Below, piece after piece: positions 22,501 to 34,823 of a DNA stretch of 64,000 nt (the stretch's first letter is position 1; each line of letters starts with the position of its first letter). The position numbers were made by a program, and so were the translations under genes. The notes beneath the pieces were generated by a model. The model was not told the DNA's origin and did not search any database. It saw only the letters and a list, made by a program, of their open reading frames with translations. The stretch spans positions 2,852,001 to 2,916,000 of the forward strand of contig JBLDXI010000024.1 in assembly GCA_047495785.1 (NCBI GenBank), read 5' to 3'. The stretch is from Lepidodermella squamata (lineage: Eukaryota > Animalia > Gastrotricha).

Positions 22501-25500
22501 CATCTACCCATTGTATGTGATGTTGAAATCCCAAGTTGTAGGTTAAGGGAGGCTTCAAGTTCAAAGGTATCAATTCCAGGTTAAAAAACTCAAATTCGAG
22601 TTTAACCTGGGCTTTTCATTTTACTTGCTACTGACTTGCTTGCTGCCAAACGTATAATTAAGCCGTTAGAGCGTTATTCCTATATGAATTTCACCTTGCG
22701 GTACCGTAGGAAGACACAACTGGGCTGGTTGCTGGACTTCAACCTTTGATCTGAAGGCTATTTTCTATGAATTGTTCGCACTTTGCTTCTTTGTTTGTAG
22801 TTCAGCATCTTTTGCTCGATTAGCAGATTATTATGCGCAACCGAACTCATCTTAGAAACACCCGATTTAGCACACACCGACAAGCCGATACCACAGACAA
22901 GCAGTAACGAGCGATTTTGTTTTCACACACTTCGTTGAAGTTGTAAAGTAGGCCATTGCTTTTTGTGAGATAAAAATACATACCGCAAGTTGTTGATTGC
23001 AGGATAATTATGCTACCATTTACATTACTAAGCTATGGCGTGATCACCCATGAATAATGCGAAACGGAGGCGTCTTGGCGTTAAGAGCCCAGACACGTTG
23101 AAAACGAAAATGTTCGTGCTTGTCCGGGAGAAACATGCGAAAATTCTCGAAAAACTCTGAAAAAACGCTATCTGTGAGATCTCAGAGAATTTATCTCTAA
23201 TGGTTGGTAAATGTAGATTTTATTTTCAATATCCTTAAATTCGTCCAATATAAAAGATTAATAATTAGCAGCCGTCCGACTTTCGTCGCTTTGGCCTTGT
23301 GCCTACCAGCACGGACCTCTCCGAGATGCATCAAACTAGTGACAATTCGATTTTGTTTTCTTTGTTTCTTTCCACCTATTGCCAACCCAAGGCCAGCCTT
23401 GCAGGTGTTGTTAGCGTGTTATATACATGCAGCATGCCAGCTTTGAAAGCTTCTATCTTTCTTATTGGGTCATGTCCGCGCTGGTAGCGACCTTGGAAGA
23501 GACCCCCGCCAGTCAGCACCCCGCAGCCTCGTCCATTCGTGACGCTTGGACCTGCATAAAACATAAGAAAGAAAATTGAAATGTGTTGATTTCGATTCGA
23601 AATTTCAATTTTGAAATTCTGTCTTAAACTTGATAGACAAGATTCACGAAAAAACATGTACTTTGGATGCACTTTTCCTTCATTAGCTTTTCGACGAAAC
23701 GCAGTTGAAAAACATTGAAAAATTGGAGCAAAACAAAATCATGTGACAAGCTTTTTGAAAGATCTTTTTTTACAGTCTGCAGTCCGCCGGCTTGTATCAA
23801 ATAACTCATCTCATTACCACCGAACACGATCCTCGACTCGTGGTTTCATCATCAGGGCGCCAGATGAGCTGCTGGCGTCTACTCGCCGAGCTAATAAAGA
23901 ACTCTAATGACCATCGGGTGCGAGGGGTGAGAGCGTGAGACTAGGACTTGCATAAACAAGGCAAGGATATAAGGCGTATGTGAAATTCTAAATTCAGCCA
24001 AAACGCATTGGTTAGCGTCAGGTTTTGAACTTTGTTTTGCCAGAGGGTTTACACCCCAAGTAAAATTTAGTTATTAACAATGGTGTAGATTCAGCCATCA
24101 GCTTTCATTTTCGCGATAACTCTTGCTCTCTCAATATCTTGGATAAAAAACTGTGATAACGATTTCATTTTCCTCCTTTCGGCCGTGAACCAAGCTTAGT
24201 TGGTACTAATTCGGAAACTTGATCGTAAACATTAGATCTAATTGCGCTCTCTCTCTGAAAATTCATTTCCGTATCTTTACAAATATTATCTTGAAGTTTT
24301 AGCTTTAGTTTTAGCTCGTGCTCCCTTGGGACTTGATGTTATTTAGCACATAGAAGGAACCCGAGCCAGCTCATGCCTACCATGAAGACAGCCTTGCAGA
24401 GTTAACGCGGTTCAAGTATGAAGTAGGACTTCGCTTTTGAACACTGAAACATGAAGTCAGTGTTTTGATTTTCGATCTCTGACACATCTATTGACATTGC
24501 GTAGTTATGTCGATTCCAAGCTTGAGAGAGATTCACCGCCTTTTAGAGGAGTTAATGATTCATAAAACGATAATAGTACGTAGTGCTGCTAAGGATGAGT
24601 CAATCTAACTGACCGACCAATTTTAAATGAGTGCTGAGTGCAAAGATGCGTTGATTTGTGAGTGCTAATAATTCTGAAGCTAGGCACTCAGAACGTCCGA
24701 AGCGATTTTCTTATTTCCTCTCATTTTGCCATGGTGGTCGTTAATAAAATTCTGCTAATTCACGCCCCCTGCCTGGAAAAGTGAATGATAGTAGTGAACG
24801 TATCTGGAATGCGCGGGGTGTGGTCGAAAGGTCATTGTCGAAACCAAAACTCAATTTCGAATGAACAAAGAAAATGCATGCACACTCTAGCGTGGAATTG
24901 TCCAATCTGTTATTCATGGGGAGTGAGTAATCATCCCCATGAGCATTGTATGATGTGACCTAATTCCTATTTCGATTAGTTGATCAGATATAGCGAAGTA
25001 GGGAGCTAAAGAGGTAACCTATTCCCCACCTCAAGAGGTCCAGGAAAGAAACCCCCAAAACTGGCCAGAAGAATTCGGAATAATGAAGAGAGAATAATGG
25101 TGGCTATAATGAGGAACGGGCGATTTTTTCAAATTTTTTAATATTTTGGAGGGGTCGAGAAAAGTCAACGTCTGCTTCCGGCCTCGACCCTTGGAGGTGG
25201 TCCACACCTGAAATCAGGGTGAAATTGAACCCCATCTCGAAGCCAAGTTATTTCTCAGGTCGAGGCAATTATTTTGATACCAATTTTATAGATCTGGAAC
25301 CGCCATGTTGACAAAATTAAGTTGCCGAAGCTTTGCGCCAATCTTTCACGCGGCATAGCTTCCTTTGCGATCACTCAGTGAAAAACTGACATATTCCATA
25401 CTAAATTACTGCAGCTAAAACGGAACCTCCATGTTGCGATCTGTTGTAGGCTCTAAATGCTAACAGGATCGTTGAATGTCAAGAATACTACACATTTTAC

Positions 25501-25909
25501 ATCCTGTGGTCAAGACATTGCAAAAGTCGATCAGAGTTCGCGGAGTTACCGGAAATGTTGGCTGACAGCTATTTGCTAGCCGTATATTGTGAGCCGAAGC
25601 ATGAATTCTGCAAAAAGCTCAGACATCTCCCAGTTTTGTCATATGCCTTTAATTCTCGTAAAATCTTAATTAAAGACGACCATCGTAGCCGCTTAACCAA
25701 TCATACGACAGCTTAACCTATTTTGCGAACGCTTAAGCCGTAAACGCACGTTTTATTGCCGCTCTTTACCGAGAAAACCAGATCACATGTCGCACCGTTG
25801 ACTGTCAAACAATCAAAAATTCTGAATATCAGAATTTTCGCCCGCAATTATAATCGGGCCTATTTAATCTGCATTATTTCCGTTATCAGATGCCAATTCT
25901 TAACAAAAG

Positions 25910-26307
25910 ATGAATACTCTGGCGATTATGATTCCCTTAATCATTGCGGTTTCATGCCAAATCAGCGCGGGCTCTCCAATTCAAGGCAAGTCGGAAAGCA
26001 CTTCAGGTGAGATAGGAGTTCTACATTTTTCCCCGGATATGTGTTAATTGATATCATTTTTCCAGATACCAGCCTACTTCACGCCCTACTGCGAGGGGAC
26101 GTTGGCAAAATGCGGGAGCATATTCGAAAGTTGCATCTCGCCGAGTGGAAAGACCGCTTCAACGTCTGTATGGCTGTTTTTCAGGCTAAACACGTTTGTC
26201 TGCAGTCGCATACAAATGTTCATCAGCTGTGGGCGCAGCGCATCGCCGCGCAGGAGTTAGCTAACGGCAACAATTTCGGACTAGTAGTGCGTCGGAAAGA
26301 TAGATGA
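25910..26307 (+). CDS. Unknown small secreted 2-Cys protein, family member 2
   Basis: Exons 25910-26006 and 26066-26307; signal peptide MNTLAIMIPLIIAVSCQISAG; LLRGDVGKMR...RFNVCMAVFQAKHVC...LWAQRIAAQE; AATAAA at 26381. Confidence 0.88.
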
Positions 26308-26728
26308 AGATTAATGTGATTTCGTTGAGTGAAATTTGATCTCTATTAGTTTTCATGCACTTCAAGAGCCTGGTCCGAAAAATAAACACGATCGTGCAGC
26401 GTGTCTGTCTGGGAAGAACAAACCTCGCCTAGGTGCTATCTAATTTTCAAAAATAGCTAGGTACGTTTTTATAGGAATACGATCGGGCTGAGGATTTGTG
26501 GGACTTCCGGGATTTTCAGAAAGAGAAGATTTCAGATCTTTCCCATATATTCCAAAAAATGAGAGGAAATCGTTTCTCCTTCGTAACTGATCAGCAAGTT
26601 GTTGAAAACATGTATTCCTACGGAAATTTTATTAAGGCACAAAATTTAGAATTAGAAGATTAAAAAGCTTTAGCTGAGCTGGCAAATGACGATGACACGA
26701 AACATACATATTAATATGGCAACGTAGG

Positions 26729-27086
26729 TCAAGGCCGTTTACTTTCGAGCGGCCGAATGTTGAAATTCCGCCCGTTAGCCTTCTCTTGCGTTGCCATTCG
26801 CTGCGCCCAGATTTGGGTGCCTGCTGTATGCCGGCAAATCGTAACGGAATGAAAAACTGTCAAGCACGCGTCCATTGAGTGTTGATTATCTGCGTGCGCA
26901 ATTTGGCGTAGGACGTTGCGAACTCGAACTGGGTCACTACTGAGCAAGGATTCGATCAAACGTTGAGCTTGAGAGAGTAATGGTCTGTTAAGGAAGGTTG
27001 GATTAAAATGATATGCTTTTACCATTTACTGAGGTGGCAACGATAAAAAATCCTGCGAAAAGAAAGCCGGCCGCGTTGCTGAGCAT
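26729..27086 (-). CDS. Unknown small secreted 2-Cys protein, family member 3 (convergent with member 2)
   Basis: Exon 1 MLSNAAGFLFAGFFIVATSVN from 27086; exon 2 LLSSDPVRVR...MDACLTVFHSVTIC...IWAQRMATQE ending at 26729; exact acceptor uncertain. Confidence 0.75.
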
Positions 27087-27507
27087 CGGATTGGCTAGGT
27101 ACTTATATTATAACCTAAATATCATTACAGAAACATCATTATACTTCCGAGTACCAATATTCTGAAAAACGAATTGCATTGCTTTTTTACGGGTTTCTCT
27201 TTCCTGTTATCATGCTCGGGTTCCCCCGGCCACTGGCAAAAGATTTTGTTTGCCGGGCGCCGAAACCACAGACAAAACCGCAGCTACGTTCCTACCTCAG
27301 TTGTGATTCAGTTTTCGATCTTGCACAGGATTTACCCGAGCCCTGGAATGTTTCTCTTAACTAGCAGGCACGGGACATATAAATGTTAAATTGATGATTC
27401 AGAAAAAGCGTGTGGCAGCTTGAGTGGCGCGCGTAAAACTCTAATTTCGTAATGTTGATAGAATAAATATAAGATACTGTAGTATTCTGAATCAGCGTGA
27501 AAATTTA

Positions 27508-27870
27508 GGGCGGGGTACACATTTGCGCGCATTTATCCTCCAAAATGGGGAAGAAAGAGGAACACGCATTTGCTGTCTGAGTGCTGTGTGGCCTCGTGCG
27601 GGCCTCGAATGCGCGCCCACAATGTGCGCCCGCACACTCACTTTGCCTTATATCACAACCTTCATTGAATAACTCGAATTTAATGGTTTTAGTTTTAAGG
27701 TGAAAGGCGACAATATGTAAAGTAACATTTTCCCGTTTGCTTATAAACGCCAATTTTCCCTTTTGTCAATCACCTGAAACTGACAAACAACCAAAATCCT
27801 GAGTTACTCCTAACTGCGCTGACAATATCTTTCCCATTTTGGAGGGCAGTTGCGAGCCAGTACCCCGCCC
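27508..27870. mobile_element. MITE with GGGC...GCCC ends (PIF/Harbinger-like)
   Basis: ta|GGGCGGGGTAC ... GTACCCCGCCC|ta, plus inner inverted CCTCCAAAATGGG / CCCATTTTGGAGG. Confidence 0.7.
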
Positions 27871-29075
27871 TATATTTTTACTCCTGATTTGATGGGGTTC
27901 TTGAAGATTTTAAGATTTCCTGGCGGTAGGCTGTCTGATGTGAGAAACCCATCTTCTAATCTGAGAAAATAGAAATCAAAGCAAGCTAGATTTTAGCTTT
28001 TCCTAGACACACAATTCCTAAAATTCCAATGCTGTGCGTGCAACTAGGTACAACACCGCCAAGATAAAATAACCCCTGGTGCGTCGGGTGACAGTATTTG
28101 ACGTCATTAATTTTAGGAAGAAGCAATAATCAACAGAGATGAATTTCGCCTACTGGGCCTCGAAGACAACTAAAAATAGTTGTGGTTAAAAAAGCACAAA
28201 ATGCGGAACGCACTTCATTGTATCTAAAATTTGCCGATAAATTGCCTTTGTTTTCACGCACAAAACTTGGCGCAGCAGGGGGATCAGCACGTGGTATGAC
28301 TAGTATTTACTGACACTCGATGAAATCTCGAACGCGCATGGCTCTGCACTGATCTATATCCGAAATCCGAAAAACAAGCCTAGAGTCCGATGATACCTGC
28401 TGATGCACTTTAATGGTTAAATAGTTCCGCCAACGACCTTAAGCAATTATTCTCCTTATAATCGAGACTAGTGTAAAGACAATTCAAAGCGCGGCTTATT
28501 GAACAACTTTGCGAGCTTGACGTGGAAATCACGGGGGCCCAGAGAAGAAAACGCATGTTTTCCACGGGATTAGTGTCAGCCAGGTTGAACGTCCTTGATA
28601 ATAAGATTTGTGCTCATTTGTCACTATTTATTGAATTAAATGGCGCCGCGACGCTCCCCATCTCTATTTGAAGATTGCCGCTTCTCTCCTTCTATCAAAA
28701 GGAATGACCCCGAAATTTCGAATAAATGTCATTCGGGTGAAATCAGTTTCCGTCGGTGACGCAAGAAATATTGTTATCTGTAAGGGTATAATGAGAGATG
28801 TTCCGTGAACTTGACGTACCTCAATTAGGCTTCTTATAATGCGCTCAAGATGTTTTCCAGATGACAGCGGTAATGAGCTATTCTCATATCATAGTTCTAA
28901 AATCCGAAAAACAAGATTATTTTATAAATCGAGATCAAGGATAAAATGCGAGTTCGAAGTTCAAATCATAGAGAGTTTTCTAGTAACATTAACTGGTTAC
29001 TTTGCATTTACAATCATCAGATGATCAGAACCAACCGATTTACAGCCAGAAGAAAAATTGCGAATCGCTTTCAAC

Positions 29076-30416
29076 CAGTGCGCGAAGTAGGATCCTGTCA
29101 GGGAAACATCAAGACTTGGCCAGGAGAAATCTGAGTCGAACACGCGATCACTTCCTAATTAGCTATCACATGAGAATCACAATATTGTTCTTAGTCATTG
29201 CGTAGATGCCAGCCGCCACCCGGCAAATCGTTACACTTTGCCCTCCTCAAGCACCTCCCACAGCCGCTTGCTAGCCACGAAAAATCGAAAAACGCGCTCT
29301 CCAGTCCGAAAAAATTGCGATGCGACCGCTATCCCACGGAACGGCAACGCCTTGGAACCATGAATCGGGCTGAAATGCGAACTTCAGTCAAGAGGTGAAG
29401 AAAGCAAGCTGAAGTCGAAAGATGTAGAGTTTCTTGAAAATTCTTGACTAAGGAAATCTTTGTTGAAAACCGAACCAAACTTGTAACTCGAGAACCGTAA
29501 AGTCAATGAGGCAGGAGATCATGAACATGCAGACAGACAAGACAAAGACAAGACAAGACATAGTTCGAAATCACGGAATCGTTGCCATGACACCAGCCAG
29601 GAATCACGACAACGCCATGGAGCGAAGACAGGGGCCAAGCAATCGTAGAATCGAGATCGCAGCGCCCGAGACAAGCTATCCAGCGAGTTGTGGGCGTTGA
29701 AGTCAAACATCAGCGAGGCTGCCCCAATCAACGCTTGACCGTGAACAAGGAGATGCGTAGCCATAACCAGTGAGCTGTCGGCAAATCGAGCGCGCAAGCC
29801 AGGGCGAGACCTTGAGCGTAAGGGCTGGATCTTGGAGACGAACTTCAGTGGTGATGCGCTGAACGCCAAAGACGTTGACCAGCGAAGCGCCAGAAATCAT
29901 CGTTGTAAGTCGATGTCGGAACACCACACGTGGGCCAGGGCATTACCATATCAGCATAGCGTTGGCATTGTAGACGAATTCGAACTGAACGAGACATAGC
30001 AGCAAGATTCCGTAGTAGAGTAGTGGGCGGCCGTCCGGCAAGGATTTTGGTTCGATTCATTCTGTCAGGGAAACATCAAAACTTGGCCAGACACTACTCT
30101 ATGCTACTTTATTGAGAATGAATCGAACATTGGGGATCTGCCATTCATGGCCTTAAATAGCATATAGAAATAACTACAGCGAACATGGCATTGCCTAATT
30201 GATAATCACATGACACATGATTATTATCACAAGCTAGTTAGTTCGATGGCACGATTCCAGCCGGCAGATCCTTACAGATCCTCAAACTAAGGGGTATTTT
30301 CGGGCCCTAATTTTATGACCAAAGGGTCCCCTCTGTGGTTTTTTGGGGGATTTTCCACTTTGGCCTTGCGAACTGGGGGGTACGATACCCCTCATTCCCC
30401 CGTACTTCGCGCTCTG
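29076..30416. mobile_element. hAT-type MITE (family B copy 1), split by an LTR-element insertion
   Basis: TIR CAGTGCGCGAAGTA / TACTTCGCGCTCTG; perfect 8-bp TSD CTTTCAAC at 29068-29075 and 30417-30424; uninterrupted homologue at 38018-38168. Confidence 0.85.
29096..30276 (-). mobile_element. Internally deleted LTR retrotransposon, BEL/Pao-like
   Basis: TGT...ACA ends; 5-bp TSD GATCC (29091-29095, 30277-30281); LTRs 29096-29235 and 30063-30276 share both termini; minus-strand polypurine tract GAGGAGGGCAAAG abuts the 3' LTR; internal peptide LVNVFG..ITTEVRL...ICRQL...SLAD resembles the BEL protease region (from memory of the family, not a search). Confidence 0.8.
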
Positions 30417-31999
30417 CTTTCAACTTATAACTTATAATGTTGACCGGCGACGGCAGATCTTCAATGCCAGATCAGGGACAAAGGTCGGGTACCTGGACCG
30501 ATGGTGTCGCTGAGTTTTCACTCGTTGTGTTGTTCACCTCATTGTAAGCCTCAAGACCGTCGCCCGTCGCCCGACGGAATGCCAGTTGCCACGCGTTGGC
30601 ACCAGTTTTTCACTATTCCGGGCCATTGAACCGTGACCCACGCGTCAGCCGTGATTGCGTTTCGTTGAGCAAAAAAAATTCGAGCCCAGCTATTCTCTCC
30701 ACATGGTCAAGATGCTGCATTCTACGATATGCGCCATGCCCGCATCCGAGTTTGATCTTTTACTCTAGGATCAATTTCAGAAGAATGAAAACAGGCCGAA
30801 TATAGAATATAGAATCTCGGGTATCCTTCATGTCGCAGCGATCAGATCAGTCTCAAAATCGCATTTTCTATTAAATTGAAAAGAAAATTATTCGCCAAGC
30901 TCTGTTGAATTATAATCTGAAACGTAACAATTTATCGTATTACAACATACTGCCTAAAGCGTAAATTAAATCCTGTGAATAATTCTTAATCATAACCAGC
31001 CTCGAAGCCAGCCTCAAGCAAGGAACATATCAACATTATCAGGTAACCGAATTCCACCACTTCGAGATGCTTTCATGGTGGAAAAGGACGGGTGAGAGGG
31101 GAGCTGCACGGGTGAGAGGGGAGCGGAAAAAAAAGAACGGTGATCCAACAGATACCCATGTCGCCCACCGGTAACCCAAGCCGGTAGAAAGCCGGTGTAC
31201 CGGCCCCGGTAGACCGGGGTTTTACCGGCTTTTATCCAAAATCAATGAATTCTCAAGATGAATTTTCTTTGACATAAAGCGCATAAATTAGTATGCCTCC
31301 TCCATTGAGAATAATGTAAAAATTTAATATTCGCAGCGTGGCTGAATGAGATTTTGAAAAAGGAGGCCATAGAGAAAAAAAGGGAAGATCAAGTACTGAA
31401 GCTAAAATTTCAGAATCTTCATTTTTATTCGAAGTTGAATTTCTCAAAACGGATATCTCCGTTGTTCACCAAATTTTGCATGCATGTAGAACGCGAGCTG
31501 CTTTTTCAAATGGTAGACGATTTGAGTTAGGCAATTGCTGCTCAGACGTGATTTCATCAAAATCAATGGCACCATAGGACCATTTTTTGTACGACCGTGG
31601 TACAAAAATTATCGATACAATAACAATGTTATTGTACCGGCCAAAATACAAATAACAGACGTTTAAGGTGGATTTTTTAATTTTATTTGTCGAATTGCCT
31701 AACTCGACCACTCGCCCCCTGACTGAACTAGCTAAAAGAACACGCATTTTTCTTATTTCTTAACTAGTTTTGTTATAATAAATAAGGAAAATCCCGGTAT
31801 TTTTGCTCTAAGAGATGCAAATCATTATCGCAGTATCATTACTTTATTGAAATTTTCAAAATTTTCAAAACGTATGGCATCGTGGCAAAGGTCCGTAGGA
31901 GGGCGGAACTGAAAGAGGGTGATGAAGTCGTCCCTATTTCCGTTCGACTCAGCTACTAGCTTGTATTGTTGATTGCTCGCGTTGGCTCCAAAGGCTGCT

Positions 32000-32440
32000 C
32001 CATCTCCGAACTATAAGAGAGCATGGGCGAGGCTGCTCCTCCAGCTTCAAGATTCGGTAATTGAAAAGAGCATTCATTTACGCATCGCCCTTTCTGGTAT
32101 TACTTCATTGGGCATCAACTAGTCCACCAGGTACATTTCCGCACGCAGTGGCCAGAGAGAATTTTCTTAATCCCGGCTTTCGACACTGTGTTCTTCACCA
32201 AAGCGTCGATGGAATGCTCGCCCAACTTCACCCTCTTGTAGAGCGCTCTTTTGATCCTATTCGCAGTTCGGAATTGAACTTCTTCCAAAAAAACCGATTT
32301 TAGACGCGGACAGCGTTGTAGTCCAGCAGCAAGACCAGCAAAAAGACACAATCGACTGCCTGGAACAGCGTACGCTCTTGGTCCGCTTCTTCATCTTCTT
32401 CTTCAGCTTCGAAGCCACGGGTTCCAATGAGGCGGGGCGT
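32000..32440 (-). pseudogene. Crypton-like (DUF3504-type) tyrosine recombinase relic
   Basis: LYKRVKLGEHSIDALVKNTVSKAGIKKILSGHCVRK and, after frameshifts, QKGDA*MNALFNYRILKLEEQ match the WY..p.G.n.i..m.k.....aGl....tnHS.R...GH....sL..Y pattern of Crypton YRs. Confidence 0.6.
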
Positions 32441-32649
32441 CCAATATAAGCAATTTTCCGTGAAAGCAACCGCAAAAATGATGCGTGAATTAAATCGCGG
32501 TATCGAAAAATGAATAAATAGCAATGATTTTTGCAAATCGTTAGTGAAAATATTAGGATGGATTTTTTAATTTTAGAAATTCACCCTTGCTGTCTAGCTA
32601 TCCTACCCGGTCCGGCTCGTTTTGTCCCACCGAACGATAACATACATAG

Positions 32650-32780
32650 TGGATTCGCGTCGAACATAACGCGTTATAGTACTCCGATATTGGACTCGAG
32701 GCTGGCTCGCTTTCGCGAGCCGGACGCCTCTCGGCCAATATCGGAGTACAATAACTGCGTTATGTACTCCTTCGAATCCA
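32650..32780. repeat. 131-nt near-perfect foldback (hairpin)
   Basis: TGGATTCG..ACATAACGC.GTTATAGTACTCCGATATTGG..GAGGC.GGCTCGC, loop TTTC, then GCGAGCC..GCCTC..CCAATATCGGAGTACAATAAC.GCGTTATGT..CGAATCCA. Confidence 0.85.
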
Positions 32781-33737
32781 ATATATACTATTATTCATGA
32801 ACTGCAGGCCTTTATACATATCAAGTGTCTGCTAATTGCGATGTTACCTTTGACATCATTAGTAACCATTTTTCAGCTATTTTATGACTTTATACAGTGT
32901 AGCCCATTATGGTTGCATCACGAGCCGTTCTGAATGGCAGAATTTTTCAATTCACCGCGTCTGATCAAACTTGTTTGGCAAATTCGGAAATCATAAAAGT
33001 GTAGTTATCACGTCCTTCTGCACGAGTTGTGATATTTTTCGCTTCACGAATAAAACCGCGGAAACTCTTGCTACCAAAATCAGTGCTTTGGATTTCATTA
33101 GATTTGATTTAAACCTTGAATCAAGGACCACTTCAGCTCAATCAAAATCAATCATTCGCGGACATTTTTGAAGTTGAATAAATCAAAATCAATAACAAGA
33201 GAATATAAATCAGGATCAAGTTAAGAGGAAATAAAGTGTGCTCAGCGAATTTTCAAGGTTACTTATCTCCCAAGTCCCAAGGACTAAGCGCTCATCATTT
33301 TCGCGAATGCAATAGGGTGACTCTTTTGCTTCCTTCCGTATGTGCAGTAAGGTTCCTTTTTACTCTGAGATATCTACGTATGACATTAAAAAAGGTTGGT
33401 GGAACTCAGCTATTCGATCTAGAGTCGTGAGGAACCAATGCTTTTTGTCATTTGATTCCAGCCAATTGCGAGGTGGTCGAACGTGCTTACTATGACGCGA
33501 CCGCATTCATAGTCTCGTCTCGAACCCCCGCAGGTCGACACGCATCTATTAGGATCGTGAGAACTATTATAATATCAAGTATCAGCAAATAGTCTCCTAT
33601 CCCACTCATCTAAGTCGTGTTCAAGTTTACATTTCTGTAACATTCCTTGTGGCTAGAAACTATTTCCTACTCAGCTACCTCCGGCACACTATACACTATT
33701 GATATAGTTTCTTGTCATTTTACTAGCATATTTGAGT

Positions 33738-34125
33738 ATGAATCTGTTGATATTGTTCCTGTTTCCAATGCTTATTCTTGTTTTTGGAGCTCCACAGCGA
33801 AACAGTCAGCCAACTGCCGAAAGAGGGCTACATCGTATGTGTTTTAGGCCTTAACGTCGGCTTGATATTTCACCAAGATATCTTTCCAGGTCGAATTTCC
33901 CTGTCTATGATGCAAGCTGATGTTGGTGAAATGAGGAGGCTATTGCGTGTTCTGCGGCTTCAAAAAGATGAAAACGCCCGAATAGCCGCTTGCATGGCCG
34001 TTTTCGCAACTGTTGAGTTATGCTCAATGAAAGTGGACGAATATCAACCTTTCGTTAGGTGGGCTCAGCTGATAGCGGGACACATCATAACAACGCGGAA
34101 TCGGGAGGTTGAAACGTCTGAGTGA
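33738..34125 (+). CDS. Unknown small secreted 2-Cys protein, family member 4
   Basis: Exons 33738-33834 and 33890-34125 (phase 1); MNLLILFLFPMLILVFGAP...MMQADVGEMRR...RIAACMAVFATVELC...VRWAQLIA; AATAAA at 34155. Confidence 0.85.
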
Positions 34126-34823
34126 ACGTGGGTTGGAATATTTGGATCTATTTCAATAAAACTTAAGATTAACCAAAACTGAGCCTTCTTAGGCTCTAGT
34201 AAAAGTGTTCACATCATAACTGTTTCAAAGAACGGCTGTCATGGATATAAGCTCTGGATTTAACAAAAGAATGAAGAAATCGACTTCCCTTTAGATAGAA
34301 AACGTGATGGGTAGCAGGTGATCGTCGCTATTTCCGTTGCCTGTTGTTTTTCCGTTGTTAAAGTGATCATTCTAAAAGCGACTCTTTACTAGCGTTAGCT
34401 TTACGCAGGCCCTTGAATTTCTAATTGAAATCCTGATCCACAATGCGTGCTTCATGAAGTTTCATCACTTTCATGTCATATAGCCCACGCCATGTTTCGC
34501 CAGCTGATCAGAAGTGGACACTGCGAAGTACATACTCAAAATAACAACTTCTGGATTCACCTGTCGCGAAAAATGAACATCCATTTAGTCGATGCACATT
34601 TACAGCCGGAGACTTAAGACAATTTGCATTTATTTTGTCGTATCTAAAATGTCAAGTTACTTGATCACCTGTCAGCTAAACAATTTTAACAATGACAGGC
34701 GTTGATAAGTCGGACAGGGGTCGTTATTTGATTATATAGCCTCGAGGCTCACTAAATATCGAGCTGATCATTCGTTAGAAATCTTCATCTCGAATATTTC
34801 AAGGTCTGGTGCGACTTTAAAAA

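Noticed and set aside
23197-23560. GC-richer segment with short ORFs on both strands
   Set aside because: No motif or consistent exon structure; possibly a decayed repeat
21255-26307. Ankyrin- or FCD-like LHALLRGD motif in the secreted family
   Set aside because: Only a single helix-turn resemblance with no repeat or TPLH context, and the proteins carry signal peptides
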